A stretch of 39,253 nt of DNA, taken from contig JANRJA010000035.1 in NCBI GenBank assembly GCA_033764315.1, positions 1 to 39,253 of the forward strand. The letters are read 5' to 3'. The translations under genes and the position numbers were made by a program. Each line of letters begins with the position of its first letter. Positions within the stretch are counted from its first letter, which is position 1. The DNA is from Oculatellaceae cyanobacterium bins.114. GTDB taxonomy: Bacteria > Cyanobacteriota > Cyanobacteriia > Elainellales > Elainellaceae. Positions 19,501 to 28,597 of the stretch are shown here, one piece after another. The notes below the pieces were generated by a model, which saw nothing but the letters and a program-made list of their open reading frames with translations, was not told the DNA's origin and did no database searches.

Positions 19501-22090
19501 CAACTGGGAGCGGTTCTCCTTTGGCAATCTGTTCTAAGATGACAGTTTGAATTTCAAGGAGCAACTCAGCTTGCTTCCGCTGTGTCAGATTGGTGCTGGT
19601 GCCCACGATGCGATAAATTCGAGAGGCTGCATCTCGAATGGGGTTGAGAGTGGTAAGCCACCAGCTTGGTGTATCTTGAAAAACCAGGCATTCCTCATAG
19701 GTGATAGAAACTCCGGCTTGGACGCAATCTGTATAGTGCTGCCGAACCTTCTCTCCAGCAAGTTTTCCTTGCATCTGTGTCGTTGAGTACCCGGTTAACC
19801 GTTCAGCCGCCGGATTGAAGTCAACAAAACAAAAGTCTCCATTCTCTAAAACATCAACCGTAAAAATGACCTGCTCTACCCCTTCATAAATGCTGCGTAA
19901 AAATTGTTCGCGTTCTTCTATAGTGGCTTCTGCTTGCTTGATGGCGGTCAGGTCATGGGTGCTGATGATGACCCCGGCAATGGTGCCATCTAGCTCAATG
20001 TAGGGAGAATAGGTGATTCTGACAAATCGTTGTCTGTCGTTAACCCAGGTTTCCTCGTGCTGAATTTCACCCGCAATGCAGCGATCTAGACGTGGCTTTA
20101 CTAAGGTCTGAAAGACCGTTTCGCCCAGCAACTCGGCAATGGAGTGACCCACCATTTCGTCCCATTGTTTTGCATGCCAGTCTAGATATACCTGGTTAAC
20201 AAGCTGATAGACATAATTGCAATTGAGTAGAGCGATCCCGTCAGTGGTGGTAGAGACAACTCGCTCATATTGATGGAGAATCGCTTGAGTTTGTTTATGG
20301 CTGGTGATATCGACCCCAACCCCCAAGACGGCCAAAGTATTTTTGCCGGGTAAATTAATCGGATGCTTTTGCCACTGAAACCATTGCTCTTCTCCGCTCA
20401 TGGATACACTCTTCTCTTCAGGAATAAAGAGGGAGGTTTGATGGGTAATCACAGCCCGATTTTCTTGTAAAAACCGTGTAATCAGGGCTGGATCGGCATC
20501 AAAGTCTGTACCCGTTTTGCCGAGCAGGGCGTCAATTGTGGTGTGATAAGACTCAGCGATCGCCTTATTGACCAACAAAAAACAACCATTCCAATCTTTG
20601 ACAAAAATTTTGTTAGGGGTGGTGTCAATGATGGCTCTTAGCAAGGCTTGTTGTTGCTGTAACTGAAGCTCTGCCCGTTGGCGTTCACGCAATGCAGCTT
20701 GTTGTTCAGTAATATCGCGTGCCACCCACAACACGGTCTCAGGGGTTAAGGGAGAACATTTGGCATTGAACCATACTTCTGTCTCTTCAATGAGCAGGCA
20801 ATATATATATTCCTGAGTTTGCCCGGTTGCCAGTGCTTGTTGAATGCAGGTCAAAAATAGAGTCACCTGCTCATCAGGAAAAAAATCTTGGAGCGATCGC
20901 CCCAATAATTCTTGACTGGGGCGGTAGAGCTTTTTGGAGTGAGTGGAGGGAATTTTGAGATATCTGCCATCTCGATCTATCACTATCACCACATCGTCCA
21001 TCGCGGCAAAGAGACTCCGCAACTCCGTTTCAGAATTTCGCAGAGCCATTTCAGCTTGCTGGCGTGCCTTCAGTTCTTCCTGCAACTGCTGATGGGTGCT
21101 AGCTTGTTGAATAGCGATCGCCAACTGCACAGCAATCTCGTCTAACAGGGTTAGATCTCGGTCTCGCCAAGAGCGATAGTCACCACATTGATGCCCAATT
21201 AATAATCCCCAGAGCTGGTCAGACACCAAAATTGGCACGACCAGATTGGCTTTTACCTGATATTGCTCTAATAACGCTAGGTGACAACTGGAATAGCCAG
21301 CTCTGTAAACATTATCGATGGTGATTGTGCGCTCTGCCCCATGAAGGCGGGCAGCTTGGGCTTGAAAACAGCAATCATCAATCCGATTACCCAAAGCTGT
21401 TTTCCACCCCTCACCCACCGACTCTGCCACAATGATCCCGCTCCAGTCAGGTTGAAACTGGTAGACCAGAGTGCGATCGCACTGAAGGATATCCCGCAAT
21501 GCCGTTACGGTTGCATCCAAAACCTCTGACAAGTTTAAAGAAGCATGAATCTGGGTAGCCATTTGAGCGAGCAAGCGTTCTCGCTCGATCTGTTCTTGCA
21601 TAGCGCGAGTGCGCTCTTGAATTAGGAGATATCGCAAGCTTTCATCAGTGAGGACTCCCACCACCTTGCCCCGATCATTGACAACGGGCAAATGACGGAT
21701 GCTGTATTGGTGAAATAGAGCCAGGGGAACTCCTAAATCGGTCAGTTCGGAGATGTTGAGGGTTAAGACTGGAGCAGACATGACCTCCGCGATCGCCACT
21801 TCTGCTAGATTTTTTCCTAAACCACTCAGGCGCAGCAGATCCCGCTCGGTCATGATCCCCACCAGGCGGTCCCCTTCTTGCACCAATACACAACTCCGTT
21901 GAGCCTGCACCAACGGCAGGCGGAGTTTACTATTGATGTCGCTAACCAACAAACAGGCATTGTCCGCAGCCGCCATTTGGGCGATCGCCTCCATCACACA
22001 AGCTGTTGGTGCGATCGTCAGAGGATGAGAAGCGATCGATGCTAAAAGATCTTCGTTAGATACCGTAAATGCAGGGGTAGACATCATCAA
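16523..22090 (-). CDS. Hybrid histidine kinase CBS(x2)-GAF(DXCF CBCR)-PAS(x4)-GAF-PAS(x3)-HisKA-HATPase-REC
   Basis: CBS pair; GAF with DCCF and CH...QVKANLVVP; GSCG-type GAF; MSHELRTPL; C-terminal REC. The AGGAG RBS suggests ATG 22087. Confidence 0.93.
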   Translation of the reverse strand: MMMSTPAFTVSNEDLLASIASHPLTIAPTACVMEAIAQMAAADNACLLVSDINSKLRLPLVQAQRSCVLVQEGDRLVGIMTERDLLRLSGLGKNLAEVAIAEVMSAPVLTLNISELTDLGVPLALFHQYSIRHLPVVNDRGKVVGVLTDESLRYLLIQERTRAMQEQIERERLLAQMATQIHASLNLSEVLDATVTALRDILQCDRTLVYQFQPDWSGIIVAESVGEGWKTALGNRIDDCCFQAQAARLHGAERTITIDNVYRAGYSSCHLALLEQYQVKANLVVPILVSDQLWGLLIGHQCGDYRSWRDRDLTLLDEIAVQLAIAIQQASTHQQLQEELKARQQAEMALRNSETELRSLFAAMDDVVIVIDRDGRYLKIPSTHSKKLYRPSQELLGRSLQDFFPDEQVTLFLTCIQQALATGQTQEYIYCLLIEETEVWFNAKCSPLTPETVLWVARDITEQQAALRERQRAELQLQQQQALLRAIIDTTPNKIFVKDWNGCFLLVNKAIAESYHTTIDALLGKTGTDFDADPALITRFLQENRAVITHQTSLFIPEEKSVSMSGEEQWFQWQKHPINLPGKNTLAVLGVGVDITSHKQTQAILHQYERVVSTTTDGIALLNCNYVYQLVNQVYLDWHAKQWDEMVGHSIAELLGETVFQTLVKPRLDRCIAGEIQHEETWVNDRQRFVRITYSPYIELDGTIAGVIISTHDLTAIKQAEATIEEREQFLRSIYEGVEQVIFTVDVLENGDFCFVDFNPAAERLTGYSTTQMQGKLAGEKVRQHYTDCVQAGVSITYEECLVFQDTPSWWLTTLNPIRDAASRIYRIVGTSTNLTQRKQAELLLEIQTVILEQIAKGEPLPVVLNALICSMEGLLNQASCSILFCDDDGRLHHGCAPHLPSAYIQAIDGVAIGEGVGSCGTAAFRRATVIVSDIATDPLWQNYRELALEHGLAACWSVPVITSDGRVLGTFAVYHRDIYTPNKYDLIVVALAANIAGIAIERDQATQALEQLNRELEHRVEERTSALRSSEERWQLALRGANDGIWDWDLTTNKVFFSSRWKQMRGLADDAIGDSPDECISRMHPDDYDRVMAAVNDHFAGKTEFFEVEYRSRHKDGSYMWVLDRAQALRNESGQVVRISGSETDISDRKQAEAELSYSRDLREAVFNESADALFLVDPETLLTLDCNQRATQLFEVEDKADLIGIEGHTLQHHPFSDEELVQITVDMQCNGFWSRELEYVTHWGRIFWGNIAAKPITVAGRTLNLVRVTDISDRKRLEQEQRQLIAILEASTDYISMSDLEGNIIWNNTALKQICGLENNTIVRQRQIASYHPQWAVDLILNQGLPTAIATGSWIGESALLDVEGREIPLSQLILAHKSPQGDVEFFSTIARDMRTRKEYEQRLERTNAELLRATRLKDEFLANMSHELRTPLNAILGMSEGLQDEVFGTLNDRQKKAIATVERSGRHLLELINDILEVSKIAAGKLTLDISRVSIDHLCASSLVFVKQQAFKKQIQLTTVLPTDLGDIAVDERRMLQVLINLLNNAVKFTPEGGKVTLEVHHEPIEINLAERISVKRPEPPQRVPTDADAMCRSLQNYYLCISVIDTGIGIAAADQSKLFQPFIQLDSNLNRHYEGTGLGLTLVKQIVELHGGSVGLRSELGQGSCFTVRLPYNCRLEDKPTGVTLPSTANSHPSGDVTLGNTISGNINLNDVALKDCSSGEAIATLDENPLPNILLAEDNEANINTVSSYLGVKGYSVLVARNGQEAIALAQIHYPDLILMDIQMPGMDGLETIQMIRQNPSLAKTPIIALTALVMQGDRERCLNAGATAYLAKPVRLKELSQLIQTLLAL

Positions 22091-22329
22091 AATGCTCCTG
22101 CTTTAACCAATTATTCTTCTTATAGTCTAATAATGTTTTCAACTACACTCTGACTATTTAAAACATTACAATCAGTAGAATCACTGAGATTGGTACACAT
22201 TCTATTTGTTAGTGGTGGCATTTTGGGCAGAGTAGAGAAAAAGGCGCGATTTTGAAAGCTTTGCCTGCCAAAAGGTCTAAAAATATAGATTATTCTCTAT
22301 CCTTCAACCTATTAGGATCATCCAAGGGA

Positions 22330-22443
22330 CTTGTGTGTACATCGTAGCTAGGGGAGAAGGGGAACCCACTCTAGTTTTAGCTCCCTCTCCCGCTCCGGGA
22401 GAGGGTTGGGGTGAGGGAGATTGGGGAAAGTTGCACATGGGGT
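22330..22443. repeat. Cyanobacterial REP/MITE-like debris
   Basis: CTTGTGTGTACATCGTAGC, hairpin CCCTCTCCCGCTCCGGGAGAGGG, TTGGGGTGAGGG, and a solo end GCACATGGGGT matching the 827-938 element. Similar sequence lies at 38903-38975. Confidence 0.6.
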
Positions 22444-22457
22444 AAACGCAATGTATT

Positions 22458-23528
22458 TTATAAACGCAATGTAAACGTGGTTCCTCGGGGTTGATTGTTT
22501 TCTACCGTAATTTCTCCACCATGCGCTTCGATCGCCATCTTGACAAAGGCAAGCCCTAACCCTGTTTGGTTGATCCCCGTAATAAGTGTGCCAATTTCAT
22601 ATTTGTCAAATAGGCTATATTTTTTCTCTTCGCTCACGCCAGGTCCTTCATCCGTAATCCGGATCGTGGCACCCCCCACTTCAAGATAGTCTGCCTGTAA
22701 AACAATTTGGCTATTTGAAGGAGAAAACTTAATGGCATTAGATAGCAAGTTATCTAAAATGCGCCGAAAAACATTGGCATCGACATTTACACTGCCTCCC
22801 GGTTCAGGCAGTTGACTGGTTATAGTTAGGCGTTTTTGATTGGCCATCGCTTCAGCATCACTCAAAGCAGAAAGACAGAGGGCACGCAAATCAATCTCAG
22901 TGCGATAGAGAACCATCTTGTCAGCTTCTATTTTTGCCATTAACAACAAACTATCAATCTGCAATTGCAGGTGGTGGGCAGCGATCGCAATTTTGTTAAT
23001 TTTGTCTTGGCATTGTTCTGGTGACGCTTGCACAACTCGCAACAACTCAGTAGATAAAATAATACTGGTTAGCGGATTCCTTAAGTCATGCACCATCATG
23101 CTGACCATATCTTCTCGGACTTGTAATAGTGCCTGCAATTCATCGTGTTGTTGTTTAATTCTCAACATAGACCGCACTCTAGCGCGTAGCTCAGCACTGT
23201 GAGTGGGTTTGCTCAAAAAATCAGTTGCTCCCGCATCTAAACATTTGACCAAGTCTTCTTTGGAATTCAGTGCCGTGACCATCACAATGGGAGTATGCAT
23301 CCAACCTCGATTGGCTTTGATTCGACGGCAGGTTTCAATGCCATCCATTCCTGGCATCATGACATCCAGTAAGATCAGATCGGGTTGATGCATTTCCAAA
23401 AAAGACAGAGCTTGTATCCCGTTAGCTGCATAATGTAGCTGATAATTCTCAGTGATTAACATCGCCTCTAACACATCAAAATTTTCAAGCTCATCATCTA
23501 CAATCAAAATCGAAGGAGTGATATTCAT
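22458..23528 (-). CDS. Hybrid kinase REC-HisKA-HATPase
   Basis: IVDDE, LLDVMMP, FLSKP; H-box MVHDLRNPL; NLLSNAIKF; GLGL. Confidence 0.93.
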   Translation of the reverse strand: MNITPSILIVDDELENFDVLEAMLITENYQLHYAANGIQALSFLEMHQPDLILLDVMMPGMDGIETCRRIKANRGWMHTPIVMVTALNSKEDLVKCLDAGATDFLSKPTHSAELRARVRSMLRIKQQHDELQALLQVREDMVSMMVHDLRNPLTSIILSTELLRVVQASPEQCQDKINKIAIAAHHLQLQIDSLLLMAKIEADKMVLYRTEIDLRALCLSALSDAEAMANQKRLTITSQLPEPGGSVNVDANVFRRILDNLLSNAIKFSPSNSQIVLQADYLEVGGATIRITDEGPGVSEEKKYSLFDKYEIGTLITGINQTGLGLAFVKMAIEAHGGEITVENNQPRGTTFTLRL

Positions 23529-23542
23529 ACCAGAGCAATTCC

Positions 23543-26500
23543 TTAAGAGTGAAGTAATTCTGAGATTTTGCTGACTAAATATCGTAACCGCACTGGCTTT
23601 GTTAAATATTCGTTAGCTCCAGCCTTGATGCATCGTTCGCGATCGCCCGACATTGCCAAAGCCGTTAACGCAATGATGGGAACATTAGCAAGTTCAGGTA
23701 AAGCCCGAATTTGAGCAGTTGCTTGGAGTCCATCCATATCTGGCATCTGAATATCCATCAAAATAATGTCTGGTTTGTGAAATATGGCTAATGAAACGGC
23801 TTCTAATCCATTGTTTGCCACAATCAGTCGATACCCATATCTCGCTAAATAATTGGAATAGGTTTCGATATTAGCTTGATTGTCTTCTGCTAATAAAATT
23901 AATGGTTGTCGATCAAAAGCCTCACTATCAGATACAGGGGTAGACTGCATAGATGGTTTGGTTAAGGCAGGTTGCAACCCATAGTTATCACTCATTTCGA
24001 GTACAGGCTGATAAGGCAAAACGACCGTAAATCGACTTCCCTGATTCACCTTACTTTCTACTTCAACTCGACCTCCATGCAGTTCAGTAATACGTTTGAC
24101 CAGTGCCAATCCCAGACCAGTTCCCGTATATTGACGGTTGAGTTTACTGTCGATCTGCACAAATGACTGAAACAGTTTAGGAATGTCTTCGGGTGCGATC
24201 CCAATTCCGGTATCGCTTACCGAAAAGTACATTAAATGTTGAGCATCCATTGTTGAAGCTTGAGTTTGAGTCCAAGCTTCTAACATGACAGACCCACCCT
24301 CTGGAGTGAACTTAATCGCATTGCTCAATAAGTTGATCAAGACCTGTCGCATCCGGCGATCGTCTACCCAAATGTCACTTAAAGAAGGAGAAATTTGAGA
24401 GTTGAGCTGAATATTTTTGTTATAAGCCATCTGCTTAACTAGACTTAGACTGGAACTGCACAGGTTTTGTATCGAGTGGGGGGCAAGGCTCAGCTCTAGT
24501 TTGCCTGCTTCAATTTTTGCCAGATCGAGAATGTCATTAATCAAGTCAAGTAAATGCCTGCCGCTATTCTCAATCGTGGCGATCGCCTTTTGTTGTTGAG
24601 CATTTAACGTGCCAAAGGCAGGTTCTTGTAATGCCTCAGACATCCCTAAAATGGCATTTAGGGGAGTTCTTAATTCGTGACTCATGTTGGCCAGAAACTC
24701 ATCTTTTAGGCGAGTGGCACGAGCCAATTCGAGATTGGCAATTTGTAATTGTTCATTAGTGGTTTGCAAATCTGTTTCAGTTCGCTGCCGCTCATCCAAC
24801 TCAGTATAGAGTTGTTGATACAGATCGGCCTGCTGAATGGCAATCGCCAACTGACCTGACAATTGTTGCAACAGAGCAATTTCCCACGCTTCCCAACGGC
24901 GTGAACAAGAACATTCATGGGCAATGAGCAAGCCCCAAACCCGCTTATTTTCTTGTTGCACAATCGGGACAACCAGTTTTGCCCGAATTTGCAGATTGAT
25001 CATAAACTGGCGAGCACAGTCAGCCATCTCAGTGCGATCGCAGTCTTCAATCTGATAAATAGCCCCCTTGATATATCGCTCAAAGCAATCCGAGGGTAGA
25101 GTTTCAGCAGAAAAAGATAAATTTAGGAGCGGTGGCCAGGGTTCTGCGATCGACTCTGCTACCACCTGTCCTGAGCCATCATCATTCAAACGATAGACCA
25201 AAATGCGGTCTGCCTGAATCGTTTGACGGACTTCTTCTACCGTAACGTTGAGAATAGCGTTAAGGTCGAGAGAATCGCGGATCCGTTTTAAGATGGAGAC
25301 CAGTAATTGTTCTTTCTCTAACTGTTGTTGCAGAAGCAGTTCAATCTGTTTGCGATCGTTGATGTCAGTCAATCGGACTAATCGAACTTGTTCACCTGCC
25401 ACCGAGACCGTTGTACCCGCGATATTTGCCCAAAGCGATCGCCCTTTTCGGGTCACGTATTCAACCTCTCGACTCCAAAATCCAGTTGCTGCCACTTCTG
25501 CACGAATAGTTGCGAGTTCTTCATCATTAAAAGGGTGTCGCTGCAACGTGTTTTCATTGATATTTAATAAGTCAGTTTTAAGCTCTACCTCAAACATTTC
25601 TACAGCACGTTCATTACAATCAACGATCAGTTGAGTTGTTGGATCAACCAAAAAAAGTGCATCGGTAGATTTGTTAAAAATGACATCTCTCAACTCACGG
25701 CTGCGTTTAAGCTCAACTTCTATTTGTTTGCGATCGCTAATATCTAACGCGGTGCCAAACAACTTTATAACGTGTCCCTGCGTATCATAAATCGCTTCTC
25801 CTCGTCCTTCGTGATAACGAATTGAACCATCTGCCAGAATTGCTCGATAGTCGATGTGATAGGGCATTCGGGTGGCGATCGCCTGTTCTATACAGTGCTT
25901 TAAGGTTTCCCGATCGTCTGGATGAATTTTTTGTAGATAGTCGTCATACAGCAGAAAAGACTGAGACGGGTCAAGCCCAAACATGCGATAGAGTTCTTCT
26001 GACCAATGAATGACTTGAGTTTGTACATCAAACTCCCAGTTGCCAATGTGAGCTACTCGTTGGGCTTCTAGCAGAGCGGCTTCACTGTCACGAAGTCGGG
26101 CTTCAGCTTGTTTGCGATCAGTGACATCGAGGTTAATACCAATCATCCGCAGCGGTTCACCCAATTCATTTCGCTCAATTAGGGCATGAGCTTGAATGAA
26201 ATGAATGGAGCCGTCAGGATGAATCACTCGAAATTCAGGATTGTATTCTCGTTCTCCCTGGCGGGCTTGCAGAGAAATAGTTTCAGCCACAATGCGATCA
26301 TCAGGATGAATCGCATGGAGCCATGCTTCATAGGCATTGTTAAAGTCCGATTGTTTAAGACCATACAATTCATACATCCGTTCATCCCAAAACACTTGAT
26401 TATGGGCAATGTCCCAATCCCAGATGCCAATTGCCGCAGATTTAACGGCTAACATCAATCGATCAGACAGATTACGCAATTGCTCTTCGATCTGTTTACG

Positions 26501-28318
26501 TTCTGTGATATTTCGTGAGATAACGGCGATCGCTATCGTTCCACCTGTGTGAGGGTGCTTAATCGGAAATGCACTATGCATCGCCGGAATCAACGCTTGG
26601 GTTTGAAAGTGGCGTAGCCTCACTTCACCTTGCCATGAGTTGCCTGCTGATAAGGCTTGTAATAGCGAGTGTTGTAACTCTCTCCAATCGTCTAAACCAT
26701 GAAAATCATCAATCACAAAGTTGGTAATATCACAGGCTAGATCTAGCCCAACCAGTTGTCGTCCTGCCAGGTTTAAGTAAGTAAAATGTCCTCCTGGAGT
26801 TGCTAGTGCAATAAAGTCAGTGCTGTTTTCAACAAGAGATACTAATTTTTGACGTTCGGCGATCGCTTGCTGCAACTGCTGATTGATCTGTTGCAGTTCA
26901 GATGTCCGTTGCTCTACTCTGGTTTCTAATTCTTGATTGAGTTGATGGAGGGCACCGATCGCCTCTTGCCGTTGCAACTCTGCCCGTTTTCGGCTAGTGA
27001 TATCTTCAACAACACTAATGAGATAAGGACTATCACTCCCAACCTCTTGGGCAAGTGACACGGTCAGGTTGAGCCAGATAATCGTTCGATCTTTGCGAAT
27101 ATAGCGTTTTTCTAAGCTATAGGTTGTTAGATTTCCCCTTAAAAGCTGATGCAGTTGTTGCAGATTGGCAGGTAAGTCATCGGGATAGGTAATTTCTTGA
27201 AACGTTAAAGATTTTAGTTCTTCAGACAAGTAACCCACAATTTCACAAAACCGTTGGTTAAATCGGAGTAAGTGTCCATCCGTCGAAGCATGGCAAATAC
27301 CCACAGCTGCTTGCTCAAAGGTAATCCGAAACCGTTCTTCACTCTGGTATAGAGAAAATTCGGTCTGTTTGCGCTCGATCGCCAATGCGGCTAGATAGAC
27401 CGCTATATTGACTACTTTCCAATCTTTGGCATTGGGAATATAAGCCTCTGGGTGATAAAACGCGAGAGTGCCTAACACCACCCTCGATTTAGAAAAAATT
27501 GGTGTAGACCAGCAGGATCGAAAGCCATATTGCACCATTAGATCGCGCCCAGCGTGCCACAATGGATCCGTCGAAATATCTGTCACCACAACAGGTTCCT
27601 GACGATAGGCTGCGGTTCCACAAGACCCTGCCTGAGGCCCAATCTCAATGCCATCGGCAATCGCTTGACTATAACTTTCTGGCAGACTAGGAGCAGATTC
27701 ATGCCAGAGACGTTCTCCTTTGAGTAACAAAACAGTCCCTACCAGCCCATTAGTTTGCCCCTCAAAAGCTGTAATCAGGCGATCGAGAATGTCAGACAGC
27801 GGTGCATCTAAAACCATCAATTCTAAAATTTGCCGTTGACTGTCAAGCAACCACTCTTGGCGATCGCCACTATGACGATCAAGCTCAGTGAGTTCACTTT
27901 GGGTTGAGAGCGAGTGCGCCGTGATCTGATCTAACTGGTTTTTGACCTGGACAGAGGCGATCGCTTTTTGAATGGTGATTGGTAATAGCATTGGAGAGCT
28001 ATCCTCTGCACCGTGAATCAGGTAATCAGTAGCTCCCTGCTGGATCAACGCCAAGACAACATCTTCTTCACCGACAGTGGCAACGACAATCGAGGGAATA
28101 TGGCGAGTTTTGAGTTCCGCCAAAAATGTAGAGATCGTGTTGTCAACGATGTCAACCGTGAAAACAACACAGTCAAAATCCTGATCCCGCAGCTTTGCTC
28201 TGGCATCAGCGAGAGAATAAGCCATATGACAGGCATAATGATGTCGCTTAGCCAGTTGCTGGATTGTCAATCGCACAGTTGCATTGTCCTCAATGAAGAG
28301 GATTTGAAGAGTCGGCAT
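23543..28318 (-). CDS. Hybrid histidine kinase pseudoREC-GAF-PAS(x5)-GAF(green/red-lineage CBCR)-HisKA-HATPase-REC
   Basis: Degenerate N-terminal REC; GSCG-type GAF; five PAS; GAF FSAETLP...DCA..F...RAKLVVP; MSHELRTPL; C-terminal REC. Confidence 0.93.
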   Translation of the reverse strand: MPTLQILFIEDNATVRLTIQQLAKRHHYACHMAYSLADARAKLRDQDFDCVVFTVDIVDNTISTFLAELKTRHIPSIVVATVGEEDVVLALIQQGATDYLIHGAEDSSPMLLPITIQKAIASVQVKNQLDQITAHSLSTQSELTELDRHSGDRQEWLLDSQRQILELMVLDAPLSDILDRLITAFEGQTNGLVGTVLLLKGERLWHESAPSLPESYSQAIADGIEIGPQAGSCGTAAYRQEPVVVTDISTDPLWHAGRDLMVQYGFRSCWSTPIFSKSRVVLGTLAFYHPEAYIPNAKDWKVVNIAVYLAALAIERKQTEFSLYQSEERFRITFEQAAVGICHASTDGHLLRFNQRFCEIVGYLSEELKSLTFQEITYPDDLPANLQQLHQLLRGNLTTYSLEKRYIRKDRTIIWLNLTVSLAQEVGSDSPYLISVVEDITSRKRAELQRQEAIGALHQLNQELETRVEQRTSELQQINQQLQQAIAERQKLVSLVENSTDFIALATPGGHFTYLNLAGRQLVGLDLACDITNFVIDDFHGLDDWRELQHSLLQALSAGNSWQGEVRLRHFQTQALIPAMHSAFPIKHPHTGGTIAIAVISRNITERKQIEEQLRNLSDRLMLAVKSAAIGIWDWDIAHNQVFWDERMYELYGLKQSDFNNAYEAWLHAIHPDDRIVAETISLQARQGEREYNPEFRVIHPDGSIHFIQAHALIERNELGEPLRMIGINLDVTDRKQAEARLRDSEAALLEAQRVAHIGNWEFDVQTQVIHWSEELYRMFGLDPSQSFLLYDDYLQKIHPDDRETLKHCIEQAIATRMPYHIDYRAILADGSIRYHEGRGEAIYDTQGHVIKLFGTALDISDRKQIEVELKRSRELRDVIFNKSTDALFLVDPTTQLIVDCNERAVEMFEVELKTDLLNINENTLQRHPFNDEELATIRAEVAATGFWSREVEYVTRKGRSLWANIAGTTVSVAGEQVRLVRLTDINDRKQIELLLQQQLEKEQLLVSILKRIRDSLDLNAILNVTVEEVRQTIQADRILVYRLNDDGSGQVVAESIAEPWPPLLNLSFSAETLPSDCFERYIKGAIYQIEDCDRTEMADCARQFMINLQIRAKLVVPIVQQENKRVWGLLIAHECSCSRRWEAWEIALLQQLSGQLAIAIQQADLYQQLYTELDERQRTETDLQTTNEQLQIANLELARATRLKDEFLANMSHELRTPLNAILGMSEALQEPAFGTLNAQQQKAIATIENSGRHLLDLINDILDLAKIEAGKLELSLAPHSIQNLCSSSLSLVKQMAYNKNIQLNSQISPSLSDIWVDDRRMRQVLINLLSNAIKFTPEGGSVMLEAWTQTQASTMDAQHLMYFSVSDTGIGIAPEDIPKLFQSFVQIDSKLNRQYTGTGLGLALVKRITELHGGRVEVESKVNQGSRFTVVLPYQPVLEMSDNYGLQPALTKPSMQSTPVSDSEAFDRQPLILLAEDNQANIETYSNYLARYGYRLIVANNGLEAVSLAIFHKPDIILMDIQMPDMDGLQATAQIRALPELANVPIIALTALAMSGDRERCIKAGANEYLTKPVRLRYLVSKISELLHS

Positions 28319-28405
28319 GTCTATACAACAGTAGGGAGATGAGATGACATCAGAATCAGTAGCACATTTTTTTACTTGGAGTAAATTTATTAATCTTGCT
28401 ACTCA

Positions 28406-28597
28406 CATGGCAGTCCTAAACCAGTTGCAAAAATTGCCCGGTCATTCGTCTGCAATAGGCACTAAAGGGTCAGGACGATTGACCTATGACCCTACTCCTA
28501 AGCTTTTTCACAAATCAAATAGGATGGCTATATAACAGTCTTAAATCACGTGTAAGATGGGCGGGTTGTGAGAGGCGCACCCCTGTGGGATTGCTAT
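28406..28597. mobile_element. Two abutting MITE-like elements of the TATAGCARTCCTAAA-ended family
   Basis: 28406-28534: ATGGCAGTCCTAAACCAGTTG...CAAATCAAATAGGATGGCTATA. A second element starts TATAACAGTCTTAAATCA (28531) and ends GGGATTGCTAT (28597). Confidence 0.7.

Noticed and set aside
22443-22473. 13-bp direct repeat TAAACGCAATGTA at the kinase 3' end
   Set aside because: A single short duplication with only 5 nt between the copies; not evidence of an att site.
23543-28318. Naming this gene ccaS or rcaE
   Set aside because: Only one GAF is related; the architecture differs and no ccaR/rcaF or phycobiliprotein genes are adjacent.
8923-28342. Many 60-130 aa ORFs antisense to or overlapping the kinases (and similar ones inside other genes)
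   Set aside because: Shadow frames of long, motif-rich genes with no independent coding signal.
28344-28535. 63-aa ORF upstream of the kinase cluster
   Set aside because: Lies mostly within the MITE.
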